From the human T2T-CHM13v2.0 reference genome, Homo sapiens: a DNA stretch of 64,000 nt. A program made the position numbers and the translations under genes. Numbering within the stretch: the first letter of the stretch is position 1; every line of letters starts with the position of its first letter. Of the stretch, positions 1-13,239 are shown piece by piece. The stretch lies in assembly GCF_009914755.1 (NCBI RefSeq), contig NC_060926.1; one strand, written 5' to 3'. A model generated the notes under the pieces. That model had not been told where the DNA came from and did not search any database. It was given only the letters and a program-made list of their open reading frames with translations.

Positions 1-1067
1 TCATTATGCTAGTTTTAAACGTTATCCCCTTTCTCTACTGTATATTCTGCCTCGAACCTATTCTTACAGCACCTTCAAACTTATTTTGGGTTCCCTGTGA
101 TTTGCACATTGGAAGTGGAAATAATTGTGAGAGTGCTTGTAAGTGTTTCGCACTGTATGAGATAGTTTTTATGCCATATGGGAAAAACACAATAAAAATT
201 CACTATTATGAAATAAAATAGCATCATTGGTCATATAATTCACTTCCTTTTCCTACAAATAAATTTTATTTTCTTGTAAGGAGAGAAACTAGCAATAATT
301 TGAGTAGTTAGAGAATAAAGGAAATATTTGTGAGCCTTACTGGAATTTATTCAGTATACCTGAAAGAAATTGGTCTGCCTGTCCTGGTTGCTCTCTTTTC
401 GTTTAATATTCCAGGGAATGTGAGAGCTTGTGGGGAAACGTGAGTGCATTAGCAGCAGGCCAATGCTTGCTTAGTGAAATGGGAACAAAGGCAAGACACA
501 TGAAAAGCTAGAGGAAGAAGAGGGATTGAGGGCAAATGCAAATTCTGCAAGCTTCACTTGCATAGATCTGATCATTTTTTAAAGTATTTGACAGACTTTC
601 AGAAATACAGAACTGAGAAAGAATAATAATGTCTTTATATTGAAGGTGTACATAGTAGAAAGGATCTCAATCTCACATAAATTATCTCCATTTTGCAAAT
701 ATATAAATAAAACTGACAAATCACTTATGAAACCTTATTTTGGTTTGTTGTTATTTTTATTAAGCTATGGATTCAAGAATGACATACAAATTGGGCATGA
801 ATTTTATATACAGGAAATGATAATAATATTTAAACAGTAGAAAATACTTTTTCTTATACCAACATTTTTTCTTAAATTATATGTACAGAGTGGTTGGAAC
901 AATGCTTTAATTCATCTTTCTTATCAGCTTATGTTTTGTAAATATTATGTTTTTCTTTAATTCCAAGGAAATAGCTAGGCCATTATATTTCCTTGCCTCA
1001 TTGGTTTTTCCAGAGATAATCTTCCTTCTTGGCTTTTGTTTTTGAAACCTAAACCAGGAAGAAAGAT

Positions 1068-1338
1068 TATATGAGGAATCTGAAAAAGTCAAATTCATAG
1101 AACCAAAGGGTGAAATGATAGTTGTCCAGGACTGGAGAGGAGAAAATGGGAAATGGCTAATCAATGAGCATGAAGTTTCAGTAAAGAAAAATTAATAAGA
1201 AAGTCTACAGATCTGGTGCAAAACATTGTACCTATAGCTAATAATACCACATTGTATACTAAAAATGTAAGAAAATAGATTTCATGTTGTGTTCTTATCA
1301 CAATAAAATAAAATTTAAATAAATAAAGTAAAATAAAA
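1068..1338 (+). mobile_element. Old L1 (L1MA/L1MB-type) 3' UTR fragment with A-rich tail
   Basis: Typical L1M 3' end (tatatgaggaatctgaaaaagtcaaattcatagaa...cacattgtatact...tcacaataaaataaaa) ending in an AATAAA-rich tail; subfamily from memory. Confidence 0.75.
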
Positions 1339-1558
1339 CCTTAAGTCCAGTGAGAAGTTTAAGCTAGAGGAAAGGTAGATGGTTTTGGGTTGAGCCCATG
1401 CATTTGTTATCAAGAAGAGAAGAGACAAGTGCATACTCACTAAGTCTGGGAAAGGAAGGGACATCTGTAGGCATAACAGATAGAGGGATACAAGTGCACT
1501 CCCAGGCAGCACTCAGGAAATGAACTGACTTCAGGGGAGGGGTTATGTGGAACCCCAG

Positions 1559-2030
1559 TGTATCAGTCAGATTCCCAGCAACTACTTTATGAGACATTCA
1601 AATTAGGATAATTTAAAGAATGTTAATATAAAAGTTATTAATTTTAAGAGTTTGAGCAATGTAAAGGAATTACTAGGGACAGTGCAGGAATGAGAGCAGT
1701 TTATTTGAGCTGGCATTAGCCCCAGGCCCAGCAAGACTAAAGCAGGGAAGAGAGAGATTATAGAACAAAGAGAAACTTACAAATGCAGCTTCCTTCAGAG
1801 CAGCAATGACCTTCCCTTGAAAGACACAGATTAAGAAGATCTCACAGAGAGGGAACCAGGAGAACAAATACTTAGTTTCACTGTCCTTTCTCTCTCTCTG
1901 ATTCCCTGCTGGGGCTTTCCAAATGGGTCATTGGACAATCCTAAACAAAACCCAGAAAGCACAGGAGTCTACTGATAATCATCCACACAGGCCAGCTTCC
2001 AACAATCAGAACACAAAGCCAGGATTTCTG
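1559..2030. mobile_element. Probable ancient ERVL-type LTR remnant (family uncertain)
   Basis: Starts tgtatcagtcag, like a reversed LTR terminus, with a purine-rich body; boundaries approximate. Confidence 0.3.
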
Positions 2031-2164
2031 AGGACACAGTGGAGCTTTCTGTCTTCAACGGATTATACAAGTGTGGATAGCTGAGTATATCAAAGGAGGA
2101 GGCTGTCATAAACCAAAAACTAAGAATCCCCCTCTAAAATTTCATATGACAGTTACCAAAATTT

Positions 2165-2410
2165 ACTACATTTACTAAGTTCTTATGCCCACGGATTATG
2201 CTAAGCACTTTATATAAATTTTCTTCTCCCTTACAGTATTTTCAGGTAGGTCCTATTATTATTCTTTTTTGACAAAATAAGAAACTGAGGCACAGAGAGG
2301 TAATTATCTTCCTAAATAACACATGATGAACACATGATGAAACCATGGCAGTTAGATTCAAACCTGTCTAGGTCTGACCCCAGAGCCTGTTCACCTAATG
2401 ACCTCATATA
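2165..2410 (-). mobile_element. MIR SINE
   Basis: Reverse MIR core: ctaagcacttta...aagaaactgaggcacagagagg...gattcaaacc...tctgaccccagagcc. Confidence 0.75.
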
Positions 2411-3058
2411 ATGCTTCCCTATATTTGACATAAATATGCTGATAAGATTCCCAATTGTGGAAAGTAATTAAAATAAAATGCGAAAATACTTAAAACTATT
2501 CATAATTTGAATTAATAGGTTCTTTTAATTAATATCTGTTATAGTTTGCCTTCTACACTGAAACATTAAGTTGGAAGAGAGGCAGAAGTAATGGGATTCA
2601 TACATATGCAGAATTGCACCATTACTTTAAAATGAAATGAAGATGAGAGAACCACTTAGACATTATAGTTGTTGGACAGATTAAATAATCCACTTTCCTA
2701 AAATGCAACTGGTAAAGAAAATAAATAATGCTTATGAAAGGAACTAGATTCAGGTCTATTATTTAGCTTGGCTTTGAATATTAATTGTTTTTCCTCTTAT
2801 ACTTGTGTTTTATATACATACATACGATGTGCTTTATTTAAGTAGAAACCACGTGTTAAAAATGTGTAAGTAAAATATAACTAGCAGTCATATTATTAAA
2901 ATCTACACCATGTCTATATCAAACATCTTATTTAAGCCAGAAGAACATTTTTAAAACATAAAACCTGTTAATAAAGAGAAATTCCATAAAATGAAAAATT
3001 GCTTTCTATCTACAGTCAGTTATGTCTCTTTGCAGGTTGCAATTACTTCGCATGTTGG

Positions 3059-3289
<231 letters not shown>

Positions 3290-3419
3290 GCATGCTGTTT
3301 TTATATTCGAAGAATATTATGTTGTATACATATTGAGATCCCATTACCAATCTTGTTTAGCATGAGACAGCTAAGTCATTGAGTACAGAGTTATTTTCCA
3401 AAAGTATTCAATCTCATGT

Positions 3420-3540
3420 TGAGAAAGCAAGAGGAAAGATGAGGTGGGAGATGGGGGATGGGGGAAGCAAGAGAGAGTGAGAGGGAGAGACAGAGACAGT
3501 GACACAAAGACAAGGAGAGACAGAGACAAAGATTGAGATT
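3420..3540. repeat. GA-rich low-complexity/simple repeat
   Basis: Degenerate (GA)n/(GACA)n array. Confidence 0.7.
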
Positions 3541-3721
3541 GTGGTGCTGAGTTTTAATGACCTTCTGACCCCAAACCTGGTCACATTGATGTAAATAATA
3601 AATACGCGGTTGCACTGCTTTTCCTTAGAAGGAAACATAGACTTACTCCTGTATCTCTTCTCATATCCTTGATGTTTTCTGAATTTTTTATTCAGACTGA
3701 TTGACACTGATTCCCTCTTTG

Positions 3722-3924
3722 ACAGACCTCTCTCCAGAACCTCACGCTCCTATATCCAGGAGGACGAATGCTACTCAGCCTCTCTGTTTGGATGGCAGGT
3801 GGCATAATAAGCATATGTCACATGAACTCCTGATCTCTTGGTCTATATTCTCATCTAAACAGCTCCTTTCATGGTCTTCTTCATCTCATCTCAGTTGATG
3901 GCAACTCCATCCTTCCAACTGCTC

Positions 3925-3956
<32 letters not shown>

Positions 3957-4690
3957 CCTCCGTAACTATTTTTATTCTTGTTTTCTTTGAAATTTCATAT
4001 CATATCTCTCAGTAATTCCTGCAGGCTCCCTCTCCCTTTAAAACGTATACAGAATCTCATTGCTTCTCACCACCCCCACTGCTTCTACTCTGGATAAAGT
4101 CAACACAATCTCTTACTTGGAATATTGCATTTGCCTTTGACTCTGTTCAGAGTATTCTTAACCAAAGAGCAAGAGTAATCCTCATTGAATGTATATCAGA
4201 TCAGGCCACTCCACTTCTTAGCATTCCTCAATGGCTTCTCCTATGTCTGAGAATAAAAGCCAAAGTCTACTACATACCTTTCCTTCCCCTATTATTCTAT
4301 GATGACATCTCTCATGACCCTTGCATTTTCTTATCCCATCAACATATAGTGTTAACTGTTTCCTTGAACTGTCATCACAGGGCCTTCATACTTGCTGTTT
4401 GATTAGTCTGCACCATGCTTTCACCAGCATCTTCACTTCCCTCAGATCTTTACTCAAATGCCACTTCTTCAGTAAATCTCTCCATGGGGCACCCTACGTG
4501 AAACTATAATCTCCCAACATTCATTGTCCTCTTTCCTAATTTATTATTCTCCATAATACTTATAGTCTAGGCTTCCATATGTTTTACTTATTTTGTCAAC
4601 TTTTAAGAAAATATAATCTTTACCAAATCAAGGATTTTTCACTACTTTGTCCATGATTGTTTTCCAATGATTAGAGCATGTATTGAAATC
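3722..4690 (+). mobile_element. L2 LINE 3' portion containing an A27 tract (3930-3956)
   Basis: L2 hallmarks: atctcagttgatggcaactccatccttccaactgctc, tcaatggcttctc...gaataaaagccaaagtc, tttactcaaatgccacttcttcagt. Confidence 0.75.
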
Positions 4691-7600
4691 AATTAAAAGG
4701 CAAATGAAAAACAGGACCTCACTGTCATTTTGTAACCCAGGTTGTCTGTTCTTTGGTCTATCTCTGTTGCTATCACCTTGAGGGATGGCCTTTCCTGAAA
4801 GGAGGTGGAATCAAAATTTCAATGGTCATAATAAAATACTAATTTTTTTAGGCTTGTTAATAAAGATAAACAGAATTTTATAATTTACAAATGCCATTTT
4901 AGACAATAATTGTAAATGCCTTTTCTTCCAGAGTGTAATATTAAAAAACAGTCAGCAATTTTATGTTTCTGTGAAATATATTACTGGTTGCAATTTGCTT
5001 TTAAGTTACTTGTAATATGATTAAATAGTAAATAGTTAGGATCATGGTGTTATACAACTTTTCCAGCCAACTGTGAATCAGTTTATGTCTAAAACTTTAA
5101 TGGGTGCTCTCTCTATATATAATGTGATCAGAGGTGCATTCTGCTAAGTGTTAAATAACTTGACTTCTGTAAATATAGCCTTAAATTTTCTAATTTTAAG
5201 GCAAAATTAGATTTCAATATGTCTAAATATCACCAACAGCAGGAATTAGCAGTTATATTAGCTCACTGCAAATTAGTTGATAAGGATCAAATTAGATTTT
5301 TAAATCATCATTGCAAATTATGAAGCTCTATTTTCAAGAAACACATTTAACATCATTAATAACCCACAGAAGTTGTGAAAGGTGAAAACTCTTTTAAAGA
5401 ACGACTTCTGAGAGACAATCCTTTAGTTTGCCCATTCACTGAAGAATCACTCATGTAATTAACTTGCCTCATCTCTTCCCTGAGTTATTCAGATGGTCGG
5501 TGAGGATAGTAATGGCAGCCACAAACTCTGGAATCATCTCGAAGTCTGATGATACAGTGTTACATGGTATTTTCTACCACATAACCAAAGCTCTGGAATA
5601 TATGAAGGGGTATCTAGTGCTTACATTTGTAACATCGAAGGGTTATATGTACCCCTTCATATGTCCCAGAGCTTTGGTGTGGTAGAAAAGTTATTTATAA
5701 CATACAAATCCTATACTACAGTATAGAGAGTTACATATTATGCATTCTTAAAGCACAATATTTTAGAAATTTTATACTGCATTTAGCTAAATACTTCATT
5801 TGTAGATAGAGTAGCCTTCATAGGATAATTAATATTTTCTAAAAACTTCCACTAACTGACATTTTTACAATGGATTTTGTTATTTAAGTTTCAGTTTACA
5901 TCAATTATAAGTGTGAGAATTCACATGGAATCTGTATAAAAGAAGAGAAAATTTTCTTTTTACCTTCCTATTACATGTAGAACTTTTTCTTCTACTGAGA
6001 CTAAAATATTCCTTTAATAAATTCAGAAATCATTGGTTAATTTCAAATTTCTCACCCCTGCAAAAATTATATATGATTTTGAAAAGGCCAACATATTCAA
6101 TCACCTGTATTTTTATAGATCGAAAAATATTCACATTTAAAAATTGCCAAATTACAAAAAGTTGCAAATGGTGTTCCTTTAATACAACTTTCAGGCCTCA
6201 TTTATTCCTTACTTGCATACCAGGTTCTCAACAAGAACAGCTGATCCAAGAAAAAAATAGGTCCTTCGCAAAAGTTCTTTCTTAGAAGAGCTATAACTAT
6301 ATACACATCGTTGGTAGTAAAATATATATATTAATATCTTGAAACATTAGAAAATATCATCTATCTTAATTCTATAGTAAATCAACAGAAAGACACAATA
6401 ATCTTCAACATAACAAATCAAACACATTGAACTCTCTGTATGTTGAGGTGATGAATATATTCTACGCATGGCAGTGTGCATTCAAATTCAAAGCCTTGTT
6501 TACCAGTGATTTTTGTCATGCACTCTAATAGTGTCATTACATGGAAGAGGGATGCTCAAGGAGATACTTTAAGTTTGAGAATTATTTTCCTCTGTTCAGC
6601 TGTTAAACTACCTCTCAGGAAACCAATAATTCACAAAGGGAAATTAAGCAAGGTGACTCAATTATGTGACTTTATGTTCCAGTTCCTGTACATGCTTTTA
6701 AAAAGCATGTTTCAGATCATTTTACCCCTTAGGGGTCAGCAAGAGAATAACCAATCTAAAATAGAATTTAATAGTGCAAATTCACATCCATGTAATCTAA
6801 ATTGTGTCCTCTGGAGTTTTAGAGACCACTAACAGTTAAAGCATAGTGGATATAGTAAATTCTGAAATCCCAAGAATGAATGAATACAAATATGATTTCA
6901 TATGACTGGACACTGTTTGAATTACAGAGCTGCTAGAAAGCCAGAGATACAGTCAAGTGAAAATATTTTTCCCTAAAGTATCTAGATGGTGCTTATGGAT
7001 ACTACAAGTCTTCTACACCTTAAAACATTATGTAAAATTGCTAGAATTCCTATTTTCCCTATATAATTTGGAATATCGAAGAACTAAGTAACACATATTT
7101 TTCTCACATAGACTCTCAGGTGGTCTTTGGGGTAAGAGTAGGGGGAGTGTGGGGGGAAAAATAACTACACTGCTTTTTACCACGACTTGGAATCCACAGA
7201 GTCAAGAGATACCACCCATTTATATACACACAGAGAGACACGTTCATCTTAGTAAACTTCAAATTCTCAAAGGGAATCCTCTCTTGTGGCAGGCCTAGTT
7301 TTAAGAATCAGAACATGTTCCATTCTCCTTCAATGTTCCAGCAGACACTTCTTTTGTAATCTTATAATATGGAATCAGAACAACAAGGTTTCACATTCTT
7401 CTATTACGTAGATCATTCTTATTACATACAACTGAGAAGAGCAATGTAAATGTGCAGCTATTCTAACCTGCCTATTGGATAAAAATGTAAAATATCAACA
7501 AGTTTACTGCTCAACATTTTCCATCTTTTATTCATTTGCAGAAGAAGAAAAGAAAATTTTCAAGAAACAAATGATTTAAAGTCCAGATTTCTTTGATCTG

Positions 7601-8259
7601 AAGCTGAACTCAAACTTTTTTCTACTTACAAGCATATTTAACAAATAACTGAAATAATTTTTTAGGCATTCATTCATATTTCTTACAGGAAAGAAACAAT
7701 TTCATTTCTAAGTCTCATAGGAAATTGTTTTTAAAGCTATGAGTTTAGAAGAGAAGATCTGAAATCAAGACATGACCAGAGGAAATTACAAAAAAAGATG
7801 ACGTTGATATTCCTTCTGGTGCCCTCCTGTTTTCAGTGCCCATCTCCTACCATACTACCTAATCCCCAGGAGAAACCTTCTCCAGGCCTATTACCACACA
7901 CCTTGATTTCCAAGTATTTCTTTTCTAGCTAAGGGAATATCAACGGAGTTGTTGTCACTCTCTGAGTAGCCTCCAAGACTTACAAACCATAGACTTGATG
8001 TTAAATTTTGGACACCATAAATAATTCTGGGCAACACTTGTAGAGAGAAGAAGAATTCTACACAATGTGAACACCTATTTATTTTTATCACATAATATTG
8101 CCTTTCTCTGGAATTCTAAATGGTGATATCAAAAGACTCCTGTTTATAAGAAACTAACATACATTCTTGTTAATTTTTCTATCAGAGGAACATGGAATAA
8201 ATGGCATAATTAGAAGAAATCTATAGTGCAAGAATAAAAACATTAATAAAGCCAATGAT

Positions 8260-8475
8260 AAAAGCTAAACTTTATCATGCACACACGAAATCCCAGGTTC
8301 TAGATGAAGTCTTTTCCATGTATTTCCTAATTTACTCATATTTGCCCCAAGATATATGTTAATATTATTTAGATAAGAAAACATAGTCTTAAAATTATAC
8401 ATGGCTCAAGCTCCAGACCTAGGATTTGATCCCAGGGTTCTCTGACCCCAAAGCTCCAGCTTTTAAAAATTATAT
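8260..8475 (-). mobile_element. Degraded MIR
   Basis: agataagaaaac...aggatttgatcccagg...tctgaccccaaagctc, a reverse MIR pattern. Confidence 0.5.
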
Positions 8476-10189
8476 TTTAATACTATGTAAATTGACTTAG
8501 CACTTATAAATTTATATTTAAATATTTTGGTGAAAGAAAAAAAATAAATAATAATCCTTTGGTGTGTCCCAGAAAATTCCCAGATATGCCAGGGGTTAAA
8601 AATGATTCTCTATTCAGAATCACCCTCAATGAATAGAAAATTCAGTACATGGCCCAAGACAACAGAGTAATTATAACCATAAAAGCAGGAAAATGTGCCA
8701 TCAAAATTTGTCAATCATTGTATATAACATAGAGAAAACGAGAAATTGATGAATAAATGAGTACATGTAATCTCTAGAATAAGTTTCTAGTCAACACTGT
8801 CAGCCATATAAACAGGACATGGTAAATAAAAAACCTCAGAAAAAGCAATCGGTAAGATCTTAAAACTGAACTGAATCAATTCATTTAGAAACCAAAAAGT
8901 TTATATCCGCTATAGATCACATATTAAAAGAAATAAATATGACATCATTCTACAAATGAAAAACAAAAAATTTAGAAAGGCACATTATCTCCAAGTAGGC
9001 ATGACTGACATCCACCAAATATGATAAGAAAATATCTACAATAATTAAAAGACTTAGCCAGCTTACACTGGTAGGTGATTCAATTTCCAGGAGAAATGCA
9101 CTGATATTTCCTCAAGAGGAAAAAGAATAAGATAAATATTTACTAAGTAGCTATGTGATCTTGTGTCAATCTCTCAGAGATTTCATTTCTCCTTTCTAAG
9201 TCTCAGCTTCTCTACATTCAAGTTTTAAATACAACAGTTTTATAGAATATTATTTGCCATTTTTGACACATGGGAAGAAAATATATAAATGAATTCTATA
9301 TTTATTCAGCTCAAGTAACAAAAGTTAAGGTTGACAAAATAAAACTCAAACTATATTTGCCAGTAAACCTTCAAACAGTAATCCCATGAACATAACTAGA
9401 ATGGCCGAACCTTTCTCAAACCAAAGAGACTTTTGCAGGTTAGACTTAAGTTAAATGCTTCATCATTAATTCCAGCAGGCAAAGAATGGAAGTGGGTAGA
9501 GCACACCAGAGACAAGAATAGGTTGGAGGCCAGGCAAACTAGAGGTTATAAATGGAAGCACTAGAGGCTAGAAAAGAGTGGGTTGGAGACTAGGTAAACC
9601 AGAGGATTTTAGTACAAGCAAGAGAGTAAGGCTAGAGATCCCAGGGCCATGTAAACGCCAAAGACTGGTTGTAAAGCAAACCGTATAATCTCAGGGCAAG
9701 GTAAATTATCTACAATAAGGACATTCACAAAACCTAGCAAAGACCAAATGTAAGGTAAAAGAACACTTGCATTGTGCCCATCCTTGGTGGTCTTTTTTCT
9801 GCATTCCCCCCATTAAGTACTGCTCCTAAATAAGTTTGGCTTAGAAAATACAGAGAGATTACTAAACAAAGCAGTCTGCTAGAACTTATTCCAGCTCTCT
9901 GGGATACAAGGATTTCCCTTACTCCTACCTGCTCTCAAACTAAAGGATTTCACATTAATGGTAAAGTTCTCAGCTGGAGAATGAACTTGGCAGTAAAATC
10001 AGATGGCTTATGTAGCAATTTTTGAGTTCTAAAGAGCTGTAATAACTAGAATTCTCCTTTCCTGTACAGGAAGTGATAAGCCTTTTAACCTATGCTACTT
10101 ATATTCATGTTCTGATACAAAAAAAAAAAAAAGGAAGATTGGTCAAAAGTAAATTTTTAGGATAAACTCATTTATCTGGCCCTGTCTGC

Positions 10190-10700
10190 CTAATTATGCC
10201 TCCCCTTCCCACTAAAAGCTCTTAAGTATTCTCTATTGTACATGCTACAGAATAATGTTCAAATGCCTTTGTAGGTCACAAAAGGAACTCCATAATTGGG
10301 TTAACATCTACCACCTAGGCCTGATTCTGTAGTGACTTTCTGCCTTGCTCTTTATGCCTTAGAAACACTGTACTGTCTATAGGGTAGTTTTTGTCCACAC
10401 CATTCTGTTTCTTTCCTCCATGACTTTTATTCTATGACTTCCTCTAATTAGAATACCTCATCTTCCTTTTCATCTATCTTATTTATTCTTTATGACTTAC
10501 CTTAAAAAAATCAACTCCTTAAGAAAGCCACCCTGATATTTCATCACAATCACTCTCTGGTTCCTCACAGTACCTACTCATTCTCTAGTTCTGCTTACAT
10601 AGTATCCTGGGCATAAATTTAGCCCTATGTACCATCTTATCTCATGTGTATCTGTTCGCACATGTTTAGAGTGAGTTGTACATTTATGAGGCTAGCCCTG
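10190..10700 (+). mobile_element. Degraded L2 fragment
   Basis: Pyrimidine-rich L2-like body (agaataatgttcaaatgcctt, tcaactccttaagaaagccaccctga). Confidence 0.5.
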
Positions 10701-10837
10701 TGGTGGCTGCTTTGTTTGTTTGTTTGTTTCTAGACTAGTGCTCATAATTCAGATAACATCTACCAGGTAAATTTAATACATTTTTATAACTGTGAGGACA
10801 GATGTGATATAACATTCTATAATGGAAAGAAAAAAAA

Positions 10838-11030
10838 AATGTGTTTTGGAGCCAGACTTAGATAGTACTCCTAGCTTTAATTATTGCTTACTATATAAAT
10901 TCTAGTAAGTTATTATCCACTTTCAGTTGTCTTCACGTTTATAAATACCAGGAGAAAAATACCATTAAATGTTGGTTCTTATAAGATGTCTTATGAAAAG
11001 CTACTGGCAAAATTCCTGGTGAACAAATAT
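10838..11030 (+). mobile_element. Degraded MIR
   Basis: ttttggagccagactt...agtaagttattatccactttcagttgtcttcacgtttataaa. Confidence 0.5.
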
Positions 11031-11309
11031 CGATCATTTCCTTTAAACTATAAGCTCCTTGACGGTAAAGCATAATGCTGTGTGTGTTGTGTATGAATTT
11101 TAATATCTACAACAATTAGTAAGCACACAGTATGTGATATAATATGGGTACCCTATAAGTGTTTGTGAATGAGTAAATAATTATGAATAAACACATACAT
11201 AAAACAATTACAAGTTAAATTCCTAATAATCCTAACTTTGGAAAATATAAATTGTATTGAATGAATGGAAGAACTGAGTAAATGCATATCAAACTGTTAA
11301 TGATAATAT

Positions 11310-11690
11310 AAACACTTTCCTTAGCTTCCCGTTAATCTGTATATTTAATATAATTTCAATCAAAATTACAATTTGGTAAGATGGTGGTTTTGGAGAAGGG
11401 ATGAAATTTGAGGGATATTGTCATTAAACCAGAAGAATGAATGTATAGCAAGAGCCATTACATCTTTTAAAAGTTAAACATTATGATACTGGCTCAAAGA
11501 CAGACAAATAGAATAAAGAAGCAAAACAGGGAATCCAGAAACAGATTTATGTATTTATGTGAATTAAACATGATAAAAGTAGCATACCAAACCAGTGAGA
11601 CATGGTGCGTTTTACAATAAATTGTGTTAGAAAAACTGGATGCCCTTTCAATATTCAGACAGACCAAGTAACTCTCCAATAATCACACTG
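11310..11690 (+). mobile_element. Old L1M ORF2 fragment
   Basis: gatactggctcaaagacagacaaataga...aatccagaaacaga...aataaattgtgttagaaaaactgga resembles the L1 ORF2 3' region. Confidence 0.65.
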
Positions 11691-12747
11691 TTAGAAAGTA
11701 AGTAAGCACTAGCTTTGAAAGGAACACACTTTCAACAGTGTTTCACTACTTCTCAAGATTTGCCTTAGATAGTGTGTACAAGTCCTTGCTGAGATAGGCT
11801 CAAATTTACAGATGAGTAAAATGAGGCCAGAACACGTAAAAGACTGCCTCGAGATTATTCTGCTAGTGGTTATGTTGCAAGAAATACAGCTGGAATACCT
11901 AGCTCATCAGCATACAAAATTAAATATTCTGCCTCACTTCTACATTTGCAATAAAATGTATCTCTAACTTTATCAGGTTTTCCATTAACTCAACCAAATT
12001 ATGAAGACTTGATCTTTAATACACAAATTCAGCTATGACAAATGTACCGTCTCCAAACTTACTATCTAGAAGACATCCATTGGTTATGAATTAATGGATT
12101 CTAGGATATACCTTTCTCCCCATGAAAAAAAAATCTACACATTCAGGTTACTAAGGTATGAAATTCTGCTGCTATAGCTTTGGTATTTTAATTTAACACT
12201 GTTCTCTATTGTTGAAATGCATTATTTCTGTAGGTATGAAACTTACAAAATATTAGTCATGTATTATTATGAAGAAAACAATAATGCGATACAAAGTTTC
12301 TGGTGGGGTTAGGATAAGAAAGTTTTTGGTTTAATAAAAATAACCAGAAACAGCCTTCTGGAGGAGGTAACATTAGAATTTATTCTAAGAAGATGCAGGT
12401 TGTCATTCCAACACCTGAGGAAAGTATTTACGAATAAAAAAATATAAGAAGCCCTGTATAAATGGCCCTGAAATTTATTAAAAATGAGCTTATTTTACAT
12501 TTGAAGGACAAAAACAAGGCTAGTATAGTAGCATGGTAAATCAGGGGTGGGGAGATGTACTTGAGTATACTACTACAGAGATATTCAACTATCGGAATTT
12601 GGTGCCCTATAGGATACAATAATGAGTTTGCAACTCAAAATCTGGAAGTTCAAAGGAGGATTTGTGTGCAACACATTTAGTAGAAAGATAGTAACAATAC
12701 CATCACTAACTTATCCAAAGAAAAGTAGATGTCCTTAATTAGCCAGG

Positions 12748-13173
12748 TGTGATACTTAATACTGAGTGTCAACTTGATTGGATTGAAGGATATAAAGTAT
12801 TGATCCTGGGTGTGTCTGTGAGGGTGTTGCCAAAAGAGGTTAACATTTGATTCAGTGGCCTGGGGAAGGCAGATCCACTCTTAATCTGGTGGGAACAATC
12901 TAATCAGCTGCCAGCAAATACAAAGCAGGCAGAAAAATGTGAAAAGGAGAGACTGGCCTAGCATCCCAGGCTACAACTTTCTCCCATGCTGGATGCTTCC
13001 TGCCCTCAAACATTGGACTCCAAGTTCTTCAATTTTGGTACTCGGACTGGCTGTCCTTGCTCCTCATCTTGCAGGCAGCCTGTTGTGGGACCTTGTGATT
13101 GTGTAAGTTAATACTTAATACATTCATATATATCCTATTAGTTCTATCCCTCTAGAGAACCCTGACTAATACA
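12748..13173 (+). promoter_or_regulatory. HERV-L 5' LTR (MLT2A1-like, 426 bp)
   Basis: tgtgat..ttaatactgagtgtcaacttgattggattgaagga...ctagagaaccctgactaataca; direct repeat of 18824-19293. Confidence 0.93.
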
Positions 13174-13178
13174 GATTT

Positions 13179-13196
13179 TGGTACCAGGAGTGGTTC
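13179..13196 (+). promoter_or_regulatory. Primer-binding site (tRNA-Leu-like)
   Basis: TGGTACCAGGAGTGG just after the 5' LTR, resembling the complement of the tRNA-Leu 3' end (TGGTGTCAGGAGTGG) used by ERV-L. Confidence 0.75.
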
Positions 13197-13239
13197 TGGA
13201 GGAACAGAATATTAAGGATGGAGTTCTTTCATCAGTTTT

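Noticed and set aside
2318-2380. ATGATGA...CTGA as a C/D-box snoRNA
   Set aside because: It arises from an 11-nt tandem duplication (aacacatgatg x2) inside a MIR, with no terminal stem.
3930-3956. A27 tract as the tail of a processed pseudogene
   Set aside because: L2 sequence continues on both sides at a naturally A-rich position with no TSD; simple slippage expansion.
5468-5545. Candidate - strand exon (FEMIPEFVAAITILTDHLNNSGKR) next to the 5570 hairpin
   Set aside because: Weak polypyrimidine tract, GC donor, stop codons in all three frames and no recognisable protein.
6212-6340. Candidate - strand exon (...SKKELLRRTYFFLGSAVLVENLVC) with a gtaagg donor
   Set aside because: Ambiguous acceptor, low-complexity 5' part and no recognisable homology.
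7984-8036. Candidate 53-nt - strand exon (LPRIIYGVQNLTSSLWF)
   Set aside because: AAG acceptor, TTT before the donor, no recognisable protein and no partner exons.
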